A stretch of DNA of 64,000 nucleotides from NCBI GenBank assembly GCA_030248215.1, contig JASANG010001546.1:434001-498000 (forward strand), read 5' to 3'. The first letter of the stretch is position 1; the number at the start of each line of letters is the position of its first letter. Of the stretch, positions 1 through 13,349 are shown in pieces. The position numbers and the translations under genes were made by a program. Source of the DNA: Enoplolaimus lenunculus. Lineage: Eukaryota. Under the pieces are notes generated by a model. The model was not told where the DNA came from. It made no database searches and saw only the letters and a program-made list of their open reading frames with translations.

Positions 1-159
1 AGCGAATTTTGGTTTGAATAAAACTTTATTGAATTGAACCAGATTTAATTCAGTAAAGCCAATATTTCAACTTGAATGCTCAGCCAAATATTTTGTGTTT
101 TATTTTAAAATTCTTTTGTCGTTTGATTAACACATTTCTGTTTTATTTCATTAATTTTA

Positions 160-413
160 CTCTGTAAATTCCAATGAGTTGATTAATCAGTTCAGCTAGC
201 GAGTTGGTTATTTCTGAATTTTAATATCAGTAAACATTAACTCACTCTGAGCTGAGTCGATTCTCACTTTGAATTGAGTTGACTCTGGGTGAGCTAGTTA
301 ATTAACTCAGAATGAATTCAATCAACTCAAAATTCATAGTTCTGATAGTAATAAGTCATACTTAGTGATTCAACTCATTCTAAGATCAAATCAACTCACT
401 GAAATTTACAGTG
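160..413. mobile_element. MITE family C (CACTGTAAATT...AATTTACAGTG termini, ACTCA/TGAGT-rich interior)
   Basis: Terminal inverted repeats. Related copies at 21834-22084, 38214-38467, ~60752-60963, ~61091-61310; fragments at ~25700-25860 and ~44290-44576. CACT termini suggest CMC/EnSpm-like (inference). Confidence 0.75.
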
Positions 414-585
414 TGAGGAAATGAAACTTATGAGCTGTAAATCACTTTGTATCTGATCAGGCTGTGACCTTTTAGCTGTTTTATTTTTGTTTTCAGTTAT
501 TTCACGTTGGCGGATGTATGAAACTCCTTTTGTCATCGGAAACCTTTTGCAGCGACAATTGAATCTTGTATTTTTCTTGTTTCAG

Positions 586-2550
586 GATGCTGTTTGCCTG
601 GCGTTGCTGGTCCACCAGGCAAACCAGGCGCTAATGGTCGCCATGGCTATCCAGGAATGCCAGGACAACCAGGCTTCCCAGGCCGTCCATCCGCCGTCTG
701 CGAAGAACCAACGCCACCTCCATGCCGACCATGCCCACCTGGACCTCCTGGACCTCCTGGACCCGGCGGACCCCGAGGTAAAATGTTCTTTAAGGTTAAA
801 CCAAGAGTCGATGATCACTCTTAGACAGGAGTGTGCAACTTTTGTTAAAAATGTGTGGCACAAAATGTACCACCGAAACAATTTGAGTAGCATACAAAAC
901 AGCATAGAGATCCCTTAAATAAGAGGGAGTCAGCCATAACGCAAAGTTCGCTGGATACATTCTTTTGTTCACAGAATTTACTCAGTTGCACAGAAAATGG
1001 TCATTAAAAAACAAAAAAAAAAAAACAATCCACTCTTGGTTAAACTAATTCACTAATGACAGCGTATTTATTTGCTAAACTTAACAGCCATGTTTAAGTT
1101 GTTGCCGTGGCTGAAAATTAGAAAAACGGAATGCAACCGGAGATGGACTTAAAGCAGAATACCAGAGGCAGAGAAAGCAGTCATGGAAATTTAGCCGAAG
1201 ACGGAGGCAAAACTAGCGGTTGTATCCGGCATTAAGGTTCAAGGTCCAGCTCCTGAGGCCCAGCAAGAAAGTCTTACAAAGGACCAGTTCCTGGATGCCC
1301 CAGTTGTGTTGAGTTTGTGTGTTAATTTATCTTTGCTCGTTTTTTGCTCAAAAAATTTTAAAATTCGTCAGTTTTGTGACATAAAAGTTGCATAAAATGG
1401 CGTTTTTCTCTTCAAAACAATGCAAAAACGACTGTTTTGCTGTTGAAATAAAATTACTAATTTTGTCGCAGAAAAGCGTTTAAAGTTTCATGGTTGAGTG
1501 AACTTCACTACGGAGACTTTAGTGCAAATCAGCAAAACTGACATTTTGCGTATTTTTAAATATATTTTTTTTAATTTTTTATCACAAAATGTGTAAAAAA
1601 CCAGGATGCAAAGTTAAATAACAGTTGATATCATCAAAATATATGTAAGCATGTAAGGCATGTATGTATGTGCCTATTATATACATAACATTTTGACCTA
1701 AAAACATTGCGTTTAAATCTCCAAATATTGTCAACATTTCAGGGACAGGGAATAAAATCCCTCCCGAAATAATCGAGAGACGAAAAAATGAACTTTTAAG
1801 GGAATTTAATTCTGGTTTTGCTTATTTCAAGGACAAATTTTTACAGCCTAAAATACGGCTGTAAATTACATTTTTTCCTTTCAGTCAATTTTTTAAAACT
1901 TAAATTAAAATTTAGAACAGAAAAACTATTTTGGTGCAGTTTTGATGCATACAGAAGATAACAGATGTTTAAAATTTTTTTGCCATCTCTAAACGCAGGG
2001 ATGTCATATTTGGTGTAAAATAAACGCGATATAGGAGAATACAAATGTTTTAGGGCGTTGATAACCTCGTGCATTACATCGAAAAATTGTCTTATTTAAG
2101 GATTCCTGATTAATGTATGGAATCGCTTGTTTTTCAGGTGATCCTGGCCGTCCAGGCAACCCTGGCCGTCCAGCGAACGATGGCAACCCAGGCCGACCAG
2201 GACCACCAGGACCTCCGGGTGATTCAGGCCGACCAGGCAGTGACGGTCAACCAGGAGAACCAGGTCGACCTGCAGAAAGCACTCCACCAACACCTGGAGA
2301 TCCTGGTCCGAATGGTCCACCTGGTCCACCAGGTCCACCTGGTCCTGATGGCCGTCCTGGAACAAGCGCACAGCCTGGCGGACCTGGACCACGAGGCCCT
2401 GCTGGTCAACCTGGTAATCCTGGCCAAGACGGCCGACCTGGACCAAATGGACCACCTGGACCTCCTGGACCTGCTGGTGAACGTGGTGTATGTCCGAAAT
2501 ATTGTGCTCTTGATGGCGGTGTGTTCTTTGAAGATGGCACGCGACGATAA
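586..2550 (+). CDS. Cuticle collagen, copy A (3' part: last two exons; 5' exons lie left of the window)
   Basis: Exons 586-777 (tttcag|GA...CGAG|gta) and 2138-2550 (tttcag|GT...TAA), phase-consistent. Gly-X-Y blocks, CCLPG start, [12 protein letters not shown] interruption and [22 protein letters not shown]-terminus typical of nematode cuticle collagens. Confidence 0.96.
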
Positions 2551-4346
2551 ACAATACCTCGATTCTTCTCTCAAAATGCCAATTCAGGCCAACGATCAAA
2601 GATCCACATTTAGAGACAATGCCAACTGAAAAAAGCCTGTCTGTATCCACAAACGATGTATTTGTGTCTGTCTGTCTTTCACATTGGACGTTTTTTGCCA
2701 ACGAATGTTTTCCTTCCTTGTGGAACACAAATTCCCTGTAAAACAATGAACAGTTTTTAGAACTTTTCTGTAAATTAATTTGTTTAAAATTTCAGATTTC
2801 ACTGATTTGAAGACGTTTTCTGGCCAATGAATTTGCCGTAAATGCCGTAGGCTTTACAAATTCGTAAAAACTTGGTGAAATCATCCAAATATTTCAATAT
2901 TTGTTTAAAAAATTCCGTTATTTTCCATAATAAAAGTTGGCATTTTGGACAGTGAACACTTTTATTTGTTTGTTTCTTTTAATAAATTTCGCTAGTTTTC
3001 CTCTCTGGATGTCGTGTGTTTTGTTTCAATTTCCTGTCTGACGGCGGTAAACTTTTCAGTGAAATTAAAAAATTCCTTCAGATCTAAAAATCAAACCAAA
3101 TCAAATGCTTCGTAGCGATTTTCATAAATTCTTCGACAATGATTTGGTTGATTGTTGCCAATGGAACTGACTTTTACCATTTATTTGCATAATAAAATGT
3201 TGATACATGCAGCTTTAAAGCGAATTTAGTCCTATCTCTATTTTCGATCAATTTATACGACTAAACGCTTGAAGCATTTAAACCTACCGAATGTGACGTA
3301 AAAGGAGACACTGCTGCCTAAAATAATCATATTAATACAATAATAAGCTTTAAGGATTAATTGTAAAGGTTCAACTTGGAACAATTGGTTATGTGCGCTT
3401 CCCCATTATTGCCAATGTATAGACGAGATGCTAAAGCTGAACGTGTAAAAACAATTTCCGTACGCATATACACTATGCATGCCGCACTCCTGGCTGTCTT
3501 GTTTTGTTTTGTTCGGTTCGGTGATTAAATCCTTTTGATTTTCCATTTTCAGATAATTTCCGTCGTCCGGTTCCGCATAAACATTTTTCCGAATTCTTCT
3601 TGGTTCAAGTTCAGCAAAACTTTTCCAAGCATTTTCGTGATTTTGATACTAAGCAAACTAACGAAATATCGAGACACTCTCAGTGATTCAATTCAATATC
3701 ATGATATTTCTGATTTGTCCTCCTATTTATCGTATGATATTTGCAGCAAAAGTATGATGTAGTATTCCCGTTATTGTCCTTAATGTCGACAAACTCGGGA
3801 AAAGTTGTACCGAACTAAGGAAAAGGCCTAAAAAAAGTTTTCCGAACTTTGCCAAAACTCCCGCAAAAAATTTAACCGCAGCCGTATCTGTTTTTGCGAA
3901 GCCTATGGGCCATATACCTCAGAATGAACCCCGGACAATATTTATATAAATGTTCGCTAATGTTAGTTTTAGAAACGTCCCAGTTCCAGGCGGGTGTGTA
4001 AAAGAGTAGGCTTAGATTCTATCGCTTAATAGTTCGTTTCCCTTTTACTTTTTTCGATTTTACGGAACCTGATGGTTGGAAAATAAAAATTAGTATTGAT
4101 TTAAAACACAACAGTTTATTAAAGTTTAAAACTATACATTAAAAACTTAACAATTACAATATACAAGACACTGCCAACAGTGCCACCTTTGATTTCCTCC
4201 ATCAACGTGCGACTTGGCAATCACGAACGAATTTTAGCTGATCTAAATTTTTGAAGTCAGACGTAGGCATTCGTCACATTTCTGAACTAACTGAAACTAA
4301 AACATTTAACTGACTCTAATTTATATGCCGGAGTTACTTTCACATA

Positions 4347-4530
4347 AGCCAATGTTACTTTTAGGGGGCGCAACAGTAAATTAAGCATATTCCTATGCGT
4401 AAACATAAGCCTAAGCGTTAAAAACTGTGTTCCTACGCCTAAGCTTAAACAAAAAAAGAAGTTTAGAGTGTAAATCTAATGTTTTGCAGATGCACCGGAA
4501 ACCTGGACGCCCCTAAAAGTAACATGGACC
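4347..4530. mobile_element. Telomere-repeat-bearing MITE, family B
   Basis: TIR AGCCAATGTTACTTTTAGGGG...CCCCTAAAAGTAACATGGACC, internal CCTAAG repeats, flanks ttcacata/ctcacatt. Confidence 0.85.
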
Positions 4531-4579
4531 CTCACATTTCTGCGGTAGTTGTTCGCTAATTGGTACCACATGATGAATA

Positions 4580-5132
4580 TATAATGACAATACGTCCATT
4601 TGCTGTTTGATATTCGCAGTCGCCGCAGTTCCCTTCAACCACTTATCACACGACACCACAGGACATTTATAAGAATATCATATGATACTTCAAAATTCTA
4701 CCAAATATCACATGATATTATGCGGTACAATGCACTTTGTGCGCACTAATGAAAAAGTAAAAGTTAGATAACGCAGTAGTGCATCATTTCCAATACTGAA
4801 TATGCTACAACGTCTCTGTTTCTGACGGCAATTTTCCCTAATCATATTCCTGAGTACAAACTAAATTATAAATTTCAGCATAATGATATAATACAGGACA
4901 TTCAGGTTAACTTACAACACCTTCGCAGGCATCATCAAACCTGTAATTTGAAATTGACTATATATTTCAAATTTGATATTGCAGTAGAAACGATGAGTGG
5001 CAAATCTGGATAGCCGACAACTCAAACTTTTTTACTTTGATAGCGGATTAGAGTACAGACAAAACGTTACACGCTATTGTAATAGAAACAAAACGCGTTT
5101 TAGGTCGCCTCAATTATAACGTGAACCCAGCA
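4580..5132. mobile_element. Degenerate copy of PIF/Harbinger-like MITE (family of 48735-49414)
   Basis: Colinear similarity to 48880-49414, including ATATCATATGATA motifs and terminal TTATAACGTGAACCCAGCA. Confidence 0.7.
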
Positions 5133-5275
5133 TGAGTCACTGCATCTTTTAATCAACGCAGCCAACTTTTCAAATTTTAAATGCCTTATATACAATAATT
5201 TAATCTAATCCAAAATATCAACGCTCACAGCCAGACCTTTTATGCTTTCGTCTTTTATATTTGATTACTGCTACT

Positions 5276-7944
5276 TCACCTTCGCTCATACCCTTTCTTC
5301 ACTTCAAACCCTACTTGACTTGTGGTGGATCCAATTAAACTGATCCCATTTGACGATTCCTTGAAGCATTTCTCGTCGTTGATCGATCTGCTTTCACGTT
5401 TTCGTTTCTTTTTTGGCTTCACATGCCGTATAACGTTGACAGACGAATCAGATACATCTCCAACGAAATCACTCCCTTCCGATTGTCCTGTGATGCTCAC
5501 AGTTTCAATATCAGACACTCCGTCAGACTGCGAGCTTGTACTTTTTCGTTTGTTTCGTTCAACTCTACGGCCGACCCCTGATGCCACTTGCGTGCTATCA
5601 ATGTTTGTTTTCAGACCTGCATCATTTTCATTAGAGGACTTTTTGCTCCGATTAAATTGCGCCGTTTTATCCAAACTGATTGCATCTGGCAATTGCTGTG
5701 ACCTGCTGCTCGAAGGGTTGACTTCAGGTATTAAAGTAGACTCACCCACTCGCTGACGACTAGAAAGACCCTTGCAGTCAGAACGAGCTAACGGTGGCAC
5801 TACCGGGCAACGAAATGGCGATTCTTGAACGCCTGAAGTAGACTTTCCACTACTCGGAGATTGAAGCTCAGTCTTAGATTGTCGTTCCGTCGTTCTTGTA
5901 TTTACCGAAACAGGTGTAGTCGCAGAGCATACAATATCGGGTAAACTAAAATTTGACAATAATATTTCACTATGAGTAACGGTTTCATTATTTTGCAAAC
6001 TAGAAATTCTTTTTACGTAACAAAAAATTTAACAAATGTCCCAAATCGAGGCTGCTGAAATATGTTTCACCAAAAGGCGTGAAACATCGGAGTAAACAAC
6101 AATTGCGTTACACACGGGGCACAGAAGACAAAATATGGATAGTGACCCCACAGCATTGGGTATTTCATGGTGTATTATATCAACTACTCTTAGATACATC
6201 AACTGCTCTCTCATCTCGCCAGGAGTGCCACCGACATTGTTATCGAAACCAAACTATAAGCATTAAAATTTCATCAAAGTTCCCGAGAAAAAATTCAAAA
6301 TCAACGCTACAACGTCCTTTCTTTAACACTGTTTCTTAAAATAACAAAAAATACAACTAAAACTCACCTGTGACCAATCAGATCCGACGGATTGCAAGTT
6401 GTTTCAACGTATTTACCGTGTAGAATAATCACTTTCGAGTGTGTTTCAATGCGAACGACTTTAAACAACAACCACGCGTCCAGTTCAACTCCACGCAACT
6501 GAGCAACGTCCGGGTTTGAACGACGCCACAAAGTTGCGTTGAAATATCCAAGCACATGAAGGCAAACTGACATTGGCGATATGTGTGTTACAACGCCTTT
6601 AATATACCAGGCAGTAAGTAGACTAACTGTAGTAAACAAAAACTGCAAACCTGTATTGTACTATAAACTACCCCGCGTATAAGTGTAAACCTAAACCTAA
6701 GCCTAAACCTAAACTTAGTCCTGAACTTAAACTTAAGCTAAACGTAACTAAAATTAACAGACATACAAACAATAAAAAACAGTACAACCGGAGGCCTACC
6801 ACAAGCTCAGCCAACAAATTGACTGTCGCATCTGGTACTGATACATTTTCGAAGAAGTTTCCGGCAATCAAGCTTGTGAAATTGCATGAAATGTTTTGAA
6901 AATTTCCCTGTTCGATAAGTTGGACCATGTCAATCGGGCAAATTTTACACGGCTGCGCCGCTCTGCCTTATTTGGCAAATGCCATCTTTGCTCACCTTCT
7001 ATAACATTACCTAGGTATGATTACTAATACTTATGTAGTACTGACCAAGTAAATAAAACAAACAAACAAAAAATGAACAAACAGCCAAACATCACTGACC
7101 TCTAACAATTGAACCGATTTCAGGTCGAAAAACAGCAAATTCAATTTGTAAATTAAAATGAATGCCCGCTTGGTCTTCATGAATTAGCGACGATGTGGGC
7201 ATTTTGATTTTGCCGTACGCGATCGGTATCCCAGAAAGCCTAAAACACAGTCAATATACATTTTTTTGCTTACAGTAAAACAATTTGACTGAAAAAAAAA
7301 CATAAAAAACAGCATAAAACATTCGACTAACATAAAACCCACAACTCAATTCTATGTGTTTAACTCTTTCTCGTAGTATGCAAAGCGTTCATTTGACTAG
7401 AAATACCGTACTTCCGTAAGTATGTACGTACCATTCGAACCCAATTACTGCACTTAAAACAAAACCAACAATTTCACCTACAAACCGCTGTACAGGTTGG
7501 CTCTTGCCAGATCTTCATATTTTCAAAAAACATCCATTATCCAGTTGTATTCCTCTGCATTCAGAATTCAGTTTTTCATGATATTTTCGTTTAACAGTTC
7601 CGATTGCGGTGTTTCAGATGCAATATTGACAACTGTACCCTTAATAACCGTTATGCAACCCAGTACAAGCGACTTAGGTTACAATATCTATTAAAGTCAT
7701 TTTCCGACCAAAAACGCCTTAAAGTATAGTTCTACAAACACAATAAGTTAAACCAAACTGCTTCTTCCACTTACTGAGGGTTATATTTCTTTAAACTTTT
7801 ATCCAAGAATTCTTTAATGCCTTTGTCGAGTTGACCTTGATACGACCATCGTAAATAAATGCAATAAACAAATGTGTCAACAACGATACCCGAATGCTTA
7901 TCAGCACAACTCAATCGTTTGGCTTCTTCGAAAGTTAAGCTCAT
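5276..7944 (-). CDS. RPA43: DNA-directed RNA polymerase I subunit RPA43 (POLR1F/TWISTNB-like), ~420 aa
   Basis: Exons 7775-7944, 7100-7239, 6368-6596, 5276-5999 splice in frame. MSLTFEEAKRL...GIKEFLDKSLKKYNPQLSGIPIAYGKIK...IHEDQAGIHFNLQIEFAVFRPEIGSIVRGVVTHISPMSVCLHVLGYFNATL matches remembered RPA43 motifs (GVPIAY, DQGHIH, F.P..G...G.V, G.FNA). Ser-rich tail with Lys cluster KPKKKRKRE. Confidence 0.9.
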
Positions 7945-10244
7945 TCCAATTTAGACAATATACACATAGCAACAATGAAACAATAATCAAGTTAAGATAC
8001 TTCTGTCAACTAATAAACGATTGAGTAGCGTTTAGATTTGGGATGGTTCCTAACCAGTGCCGTGCTTAGAGCCCTTTATATCCCCACAATTGCTGGATCG
8101 TACCCAAGGTCGCCCCTCTCCAAATTCCACAGTACGGTATTTTAGCGATAAACTTTTAAATTGTCTTTAGTATAGATGGACACCAGATACCCGGATATTC
8201 GAATATGAAAAATATCTGGATATGTATCCGAAAAGAAACGTGTATCTGGATATCCGGATATATCCAGATTTGCGCCACGTTTTTAAATGCTATTTTGTGA
8301 AAAGAATTTTAGAATAATTTGCATTGTTTCACCATTAAAGTATCTGGAGCTAACGAAAAGAAATTCTGTATTCAAACCTGAGTTAAAATATTGAACCACA
8401 TTCCTGCATAATTTCATGATGATTAAAAATTGTGATTTCTTAAAACATGCCAAAATTAAAGACTTCAGTTTAGCTTGATATTTATCAGAATAATGGTTTC
8501 GTATTTTTAAATTAAATTAGCCCAGTGAAAAATTTGCATGGAATACGCACCGTCAAGTACTAAATTAATTACCTTTGCAAGAAACAAAATCTATTTATAT
8601 ACATATAGCAAGCAGCGTCGCGAGATTACATACTGGGCTTCATTTTAAATTCTGATCGCTCTAGATTTAATAATACGCCAAGCCTAATTGAGTATGATGC
8701 TAATTAATAAAAGGCTAGCTTGCAAATCTGTCAATCTGTAAAGAGCACATTTGAATTTCCCATAACACAGAACCCATAACTCATAACTTTTGAATTCAAT
8801 TCCTCCACGCTAAACGACCTTCTTCTCATACATCAAAACAGTCCAAAAGTACTTTATCAGCGATTCTAGCTGTCCGAATAATGAACAGCTTAGTGTGGGG
8901 TTGAGGAGTACTAGCCTCATTCTGCTTAGTTTTTTTCAAAACGCAGATGATTCAAGGAAGCCGCAGCCTTCTCCTGAGAGAAACCCACAAAATTAATTCA
9001 AAAAGGTTGGTTGTTACAGAAAATTTCCTCCTACATTTTTGTCGTGAAATTAATAGTAAAGTGCACTAAACCAGTCATCAAACGCAATAAATGACGCAAT
9101 CCAACTCAGCGAGTCGGTTTAATGCGAGGTTCACGGTATAACTGGGACAACCAAGAGCATTTTGACGTTTGATAAATTTGGTGGTCAGTCACAGTAAAAC
9201 AGTTTTCCTATTTTTGTCTGCCATCGAAACCTGGTGATGAAATAAAAACACTACTGCTTAACCTACTCGCTCACAATAGCAAATCTGTATTCTATCTGGT
9301 TTTTCTATTTAAAAAATGCCGGCAGTGCTTCTTCCAACTTCAAATAGCTTCTTGTTATCAAAGCCAACCCCTTTCAGAATGGCAGCAAACAAAATACTGT
9401 AACAGAAAATAACGTTTATTATATATAGCGAATCACAGTTCAATCAATTCGAAAGCAGTAAAATGAATAACATTACACGATGGCATACATTGATCGCTTA
9501 AGGACCGAATTTGTACACAATATTTGTCAGGACGTTAAACGAATAGTAAAAATAACGGAAACGGATAGTGATCAAACTAAATATAAACGGTTATAGAGGT
9601 AGAAAAATTTGAAAGATGTTATATATATTTCTACCAATGCAAATGATGAATGCAATATTCATCGAACAGCACTTTAAAATTTCAACGAAAAATAAAGCGT
9701 GCGCCCTAAACTTTTAATATTTTGGATGGTTTCGCCATTTGAAATCGAACAATCACAGCATATCTGTATTGCAAAATTAAACGACACATAAGCGATTTTC
9801 AACTCGCTATGAGCATAACAACGGTGGTATTTCTATGACGGAAACAGTCACCGATTTATTCCGCAAACGGACATCCGATTACCCTTTGATATTTGATCAT
9901 TGGAAAGATATTACCTTTAACATTCCGAAGCATGAAAGGCCAGCTAAAAAACAGAAAGCAGAGGAAGAGAAATTTTTTTAAATAAGCGATTTTGATTCTA
10001 GAAATCGATCACCTATACCAATGCTAACTATATGCATGCGAGTTGCTTTAGCATAATTATGCAGTAATTCGAAAACTTCCACACTGCTTCCTTAGTTACA
10101 AGAGTACAATTCGTAAAAAACAAATCTTTCCGGAAAAAAAAGTTGAATATCCCAAAAAACTCTATTAATACAACACTAAACCTGGTCCTGTCTTAGCCCA
10201 TGCAGAAATTTACTCTATCACAACGCAAAAATACTCCTGTAAAT

Positions 10245-13100
10245 CTACACTTCTGCAACGTCTAAAATGTCCAACTGTTTACATCGTTTTTCATCCAAAC
10301 CACACCAAACATCAAAACGATGATTTAAACGTCGGTTTAAGTGAAGCGAAACACGTGAGCCAAGCCCTCCTGCGAGATGTGAAGTTCCAACAAAGACACG
10401 ACCAATTCTGGAATGCAACAACGCCATGGAACACATTACGCAAGGTTCGTGTGTAATATAACAGTCGAGTCCGGAGCAAATATACGCGTCATCATTTGAC
10501 GTCTGTTGCATTGTAATGCCATTTCTAACGGAATTCTAAACAAAAACCGCTGAGCCGAATAAGAGGGGGTAACTGATATTTATTTGGCCTCACCAGAGGG
10601 TACCCCCCTTGTTATTCGGTTACGGACTGTTATTTATTTTTAACCCACGCTCCGCCATCCTTTGTTACTGATATGTATCCGGTATTGCAAATATCCGTTG
10701 AATTGAACGTTTATTTGTCTTGTATCAAAAACTTGAGCGATAACGCAAGGTTATACTTAGTAATGTACTTTCAAAACTTAAGTACGCTTTAAAGTTTCGA
10801 ACTCAATTTTGTTTGGTCCTGGAGTCATTTATACACTACAATTGGGATAATTGACATGTATAATACTCTAATTAGGGTTTAGGGACTCTATCCGCTTACA
10901 GACTCTTATCAGGGATACGGACTCCTATTGATTGGTACTCAAAATGGGGACCCCCTCTTATTATACCCCTGTTATTAGTGCGCGAAAAATAAAAAGTTCA
11001 TCTGTGTGACCAAATGTACCACTGGACACTATTTCAGATAAAAAAATGGTTCACACAAGTCAAAATAGAAAACAGCGCGAGATTTCCAGGGTGGTATATT
11101 AGGACGCATTGTATAAGTATGTAGCGTAGCGTGTGTCGTTACTTACCTTACTAGTCATCATACTCATTACAAACGAATTTCCATGCTACGAATTTTAAAT
11201 TAAAAAAATCAAAACACCTATATGAAATTTATAAGATTTTGAAAACGCGAAACGCCACCACTTGTCTACAATATTTCAGATTTATTTTAAGGATTTGGGG
11301 TGTCATATTTTGAACCAACAATATTACTGCTTTCAACTCACAAGATACAAAAATAACAATTCAAGATTACGCTCTGATATTCATCTCACCGGTATACAAT
11401 TTCGCTGCTGCAACGAGTCTGTCCAAGCTCCACCTCCTTGCACTTGAGCAACCAAATCAATCGCGCACACAACAGAATGACGTAATCGATGCGTTATGAC
11501 GTCACCGTCAATATGTCTTTGGTCGGACGCAACTGCGACACAAACGTTTTCAGATGGATTGACAATAACGCAGCCGATTTCAGCTGCAACAAATAAAATT
11601 AAAGTCACAATTGTTCCATTCATTTTACCAAAAATGAATGATACAAGAGTGTGCAACTCTTGAGTTGTGCGCTGTGCAAAAGGCACCACCGGCCGTTGCG
11701 TTTTTAGTCGATCCCCCTTGTTCAGAGGGAGGTCGCTATCACATGAATATTAAATGGAGCATGTTTGATGCCGCATACATAAAGTGCCATGGTTCGCACC
11801 GGCTGTACCCCCTCTACATAAAGGGAGGTAGGACAAAAATGCAACGCGTGCTGGGTACATTCTTTTGTAGACGGAATGTACCAAGTTGCATACTCTTGTT
11901 GAAGTATGCATCATCCACTCTTGATTTTACTAACTTTAGTCGATACTTGCAAACTTGTATTTCTTTTCGCTTCATTAAAATTTTCACTATAAAAACAGAG
12001 TCCCTAATATCAGTACATATGAAATATGAAGAAGACAAATTATACAATCATTAACACAAACGCGTAATTATCAATTGCAAATTTTAAATATTTTACAGCT
12101 AACGAACGTATTTGTCAACCAAAAACCTTAGATCATTTCAAATCATTACAGAAAATCATAAAAAGTAAACGCGTTTTAAATAGAATTAAAGTTTGACAAA
12201 ATCGCAATTGACGTTTACCCGTGTACGAAATTAACAAAACCAAAGAATTCGCACTGATTTTTGACAAAATATTACAAAATGCAAAGAACTCAGAATCATG
12301 TTTGACTTACCAGACTTATCATCTTTAGCATTCTTGTTTGCTTTCGATACTTCAATCGCAACCGCCATCCACATGGCAATGCGTTCCAAATCCTGTTGAC
12401 TAAAAAATTCAACGCCTTTCAACATTGCTTCCAACCTTGCGGTCGGATGAAAATTCACTGGCCAAACCAGTTTAAACCGTTCAAATTCAAACTGACATCG
12501 CGGACGAAACTTAGGAACTTTTCGAACCACCAACGAAGCTGACAAATCGCCCACAGCTAATCCTTTCTCGTTACCACGAATGAGCATAGGCTCTAGTTTA
12601 GCTCGTAGCATATCAATTGTTGTTGTTTCACTAAAAGGTTGAATCAATACTTCTGCCACGCCAACACCACTTGTCTCTTGTACACAATTGTTTCCAGAGC
12701 AACCATATTCTGTGGTGATATCACCGCAATCCACCAAACTTTGCTGATCAACAGTCTGTTTACTTGGTTTAGCTTCATGGTCCATGGTCCCACCTAAAGT
12801 TGTCTTATTCAAGCTTTTCACCATAGTTCCACCGCCGCTCACAGCATCACCCACTTTGCGAACACGCTTTAAATGCTCAAATTCAGATGTAAGCGGAAAT
12901 TCGGCTGTCAAAATCTTCATTACCGTCGATATTAGTTTAAAATCAGTCAGAGTAAGCGTGTAAAACTCGTATGTTGGAATCACGTCTGAATCTCGGGTAA
13001 AATACTGTTCTAAAACAGGTCGAAAACTCTCTAAACAACCATTGTTAGCCATAGAAGCTTCAAGGTCCTTTTTCAACTTCTTCACCATGGGTTCATCCAT
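10245..13100 (-). CDS. ADAT3: tRNA-specific adenosine-34 deaminase non-catalytic subunit (ADAT3/Tad3), ~424 aa
   Basis: Exons 12311-13100, 11390-11583, 10245-10535, phase-consistent. Motifs HLKRVR, WPVNFHP, HSV (pseudo-active site replacing HxE), [28 protein letters not shown]. Confidence 0.95.
11643..11899. mobile_element. MITE-like family D (ACAAGAGTRTGCAACT...AGTTGCAYACTCTTGT)
   Basis: 16-bp inverted repeats. Related copies at 33288-33561 and ~41792-42039, and a shorter relative in the collagen introns (~826-990 and its duplicate). Confidence 0.75.
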
Positions 13101-13349
13101 AACGACACCGGTAGTCTTCACCAACTGATCACTAAGTAACTCAACCCAAATCCAAAAGAGTTTTCAGCGTAATTACAAAATAAACATCAAAATAACTAAA
13201 AAACCGTATACAAAACAAATCAATAAACGTAATCACAACATGAATCGAATGAAATTAAGACAATAATACCGTAAATAAAATAAAAAAATTATAACAAAAA
13301 ATAATTGAAATCAACAACTGAGAACAACATAATGGTGTAGCGGTGTTCT

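Larger units (their letters stand above)
1..3198. repeat. Left arm of long inverted segmental duplication (continues beyond window start)
   Basis: Reverse complement of 35460-38626: position 1 pairs with 38626, and similarity stops after ...GCATAATAAAAT at 3198/35460. Confidence 0.97.

Noticed and set aside
487..2802. Multiple overlapping ORFs around the collagen exons, mirrored at 36007-38140
   Set aside because: Alternative-frame and antisense shadows of GC-rich Gly-X-Y codons.
4625..4648. Partial resemblance to miR-133; likewise miR-92-like TATTGCACT at 52681
   Set aside because: Incomplete match, no evident precursor hairpin, and it lies within transposon-like sequence.
5322..5756. 144-aa plus-strand ORF
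   Set aside because: Antisense shadow of the RPA43 last exon.
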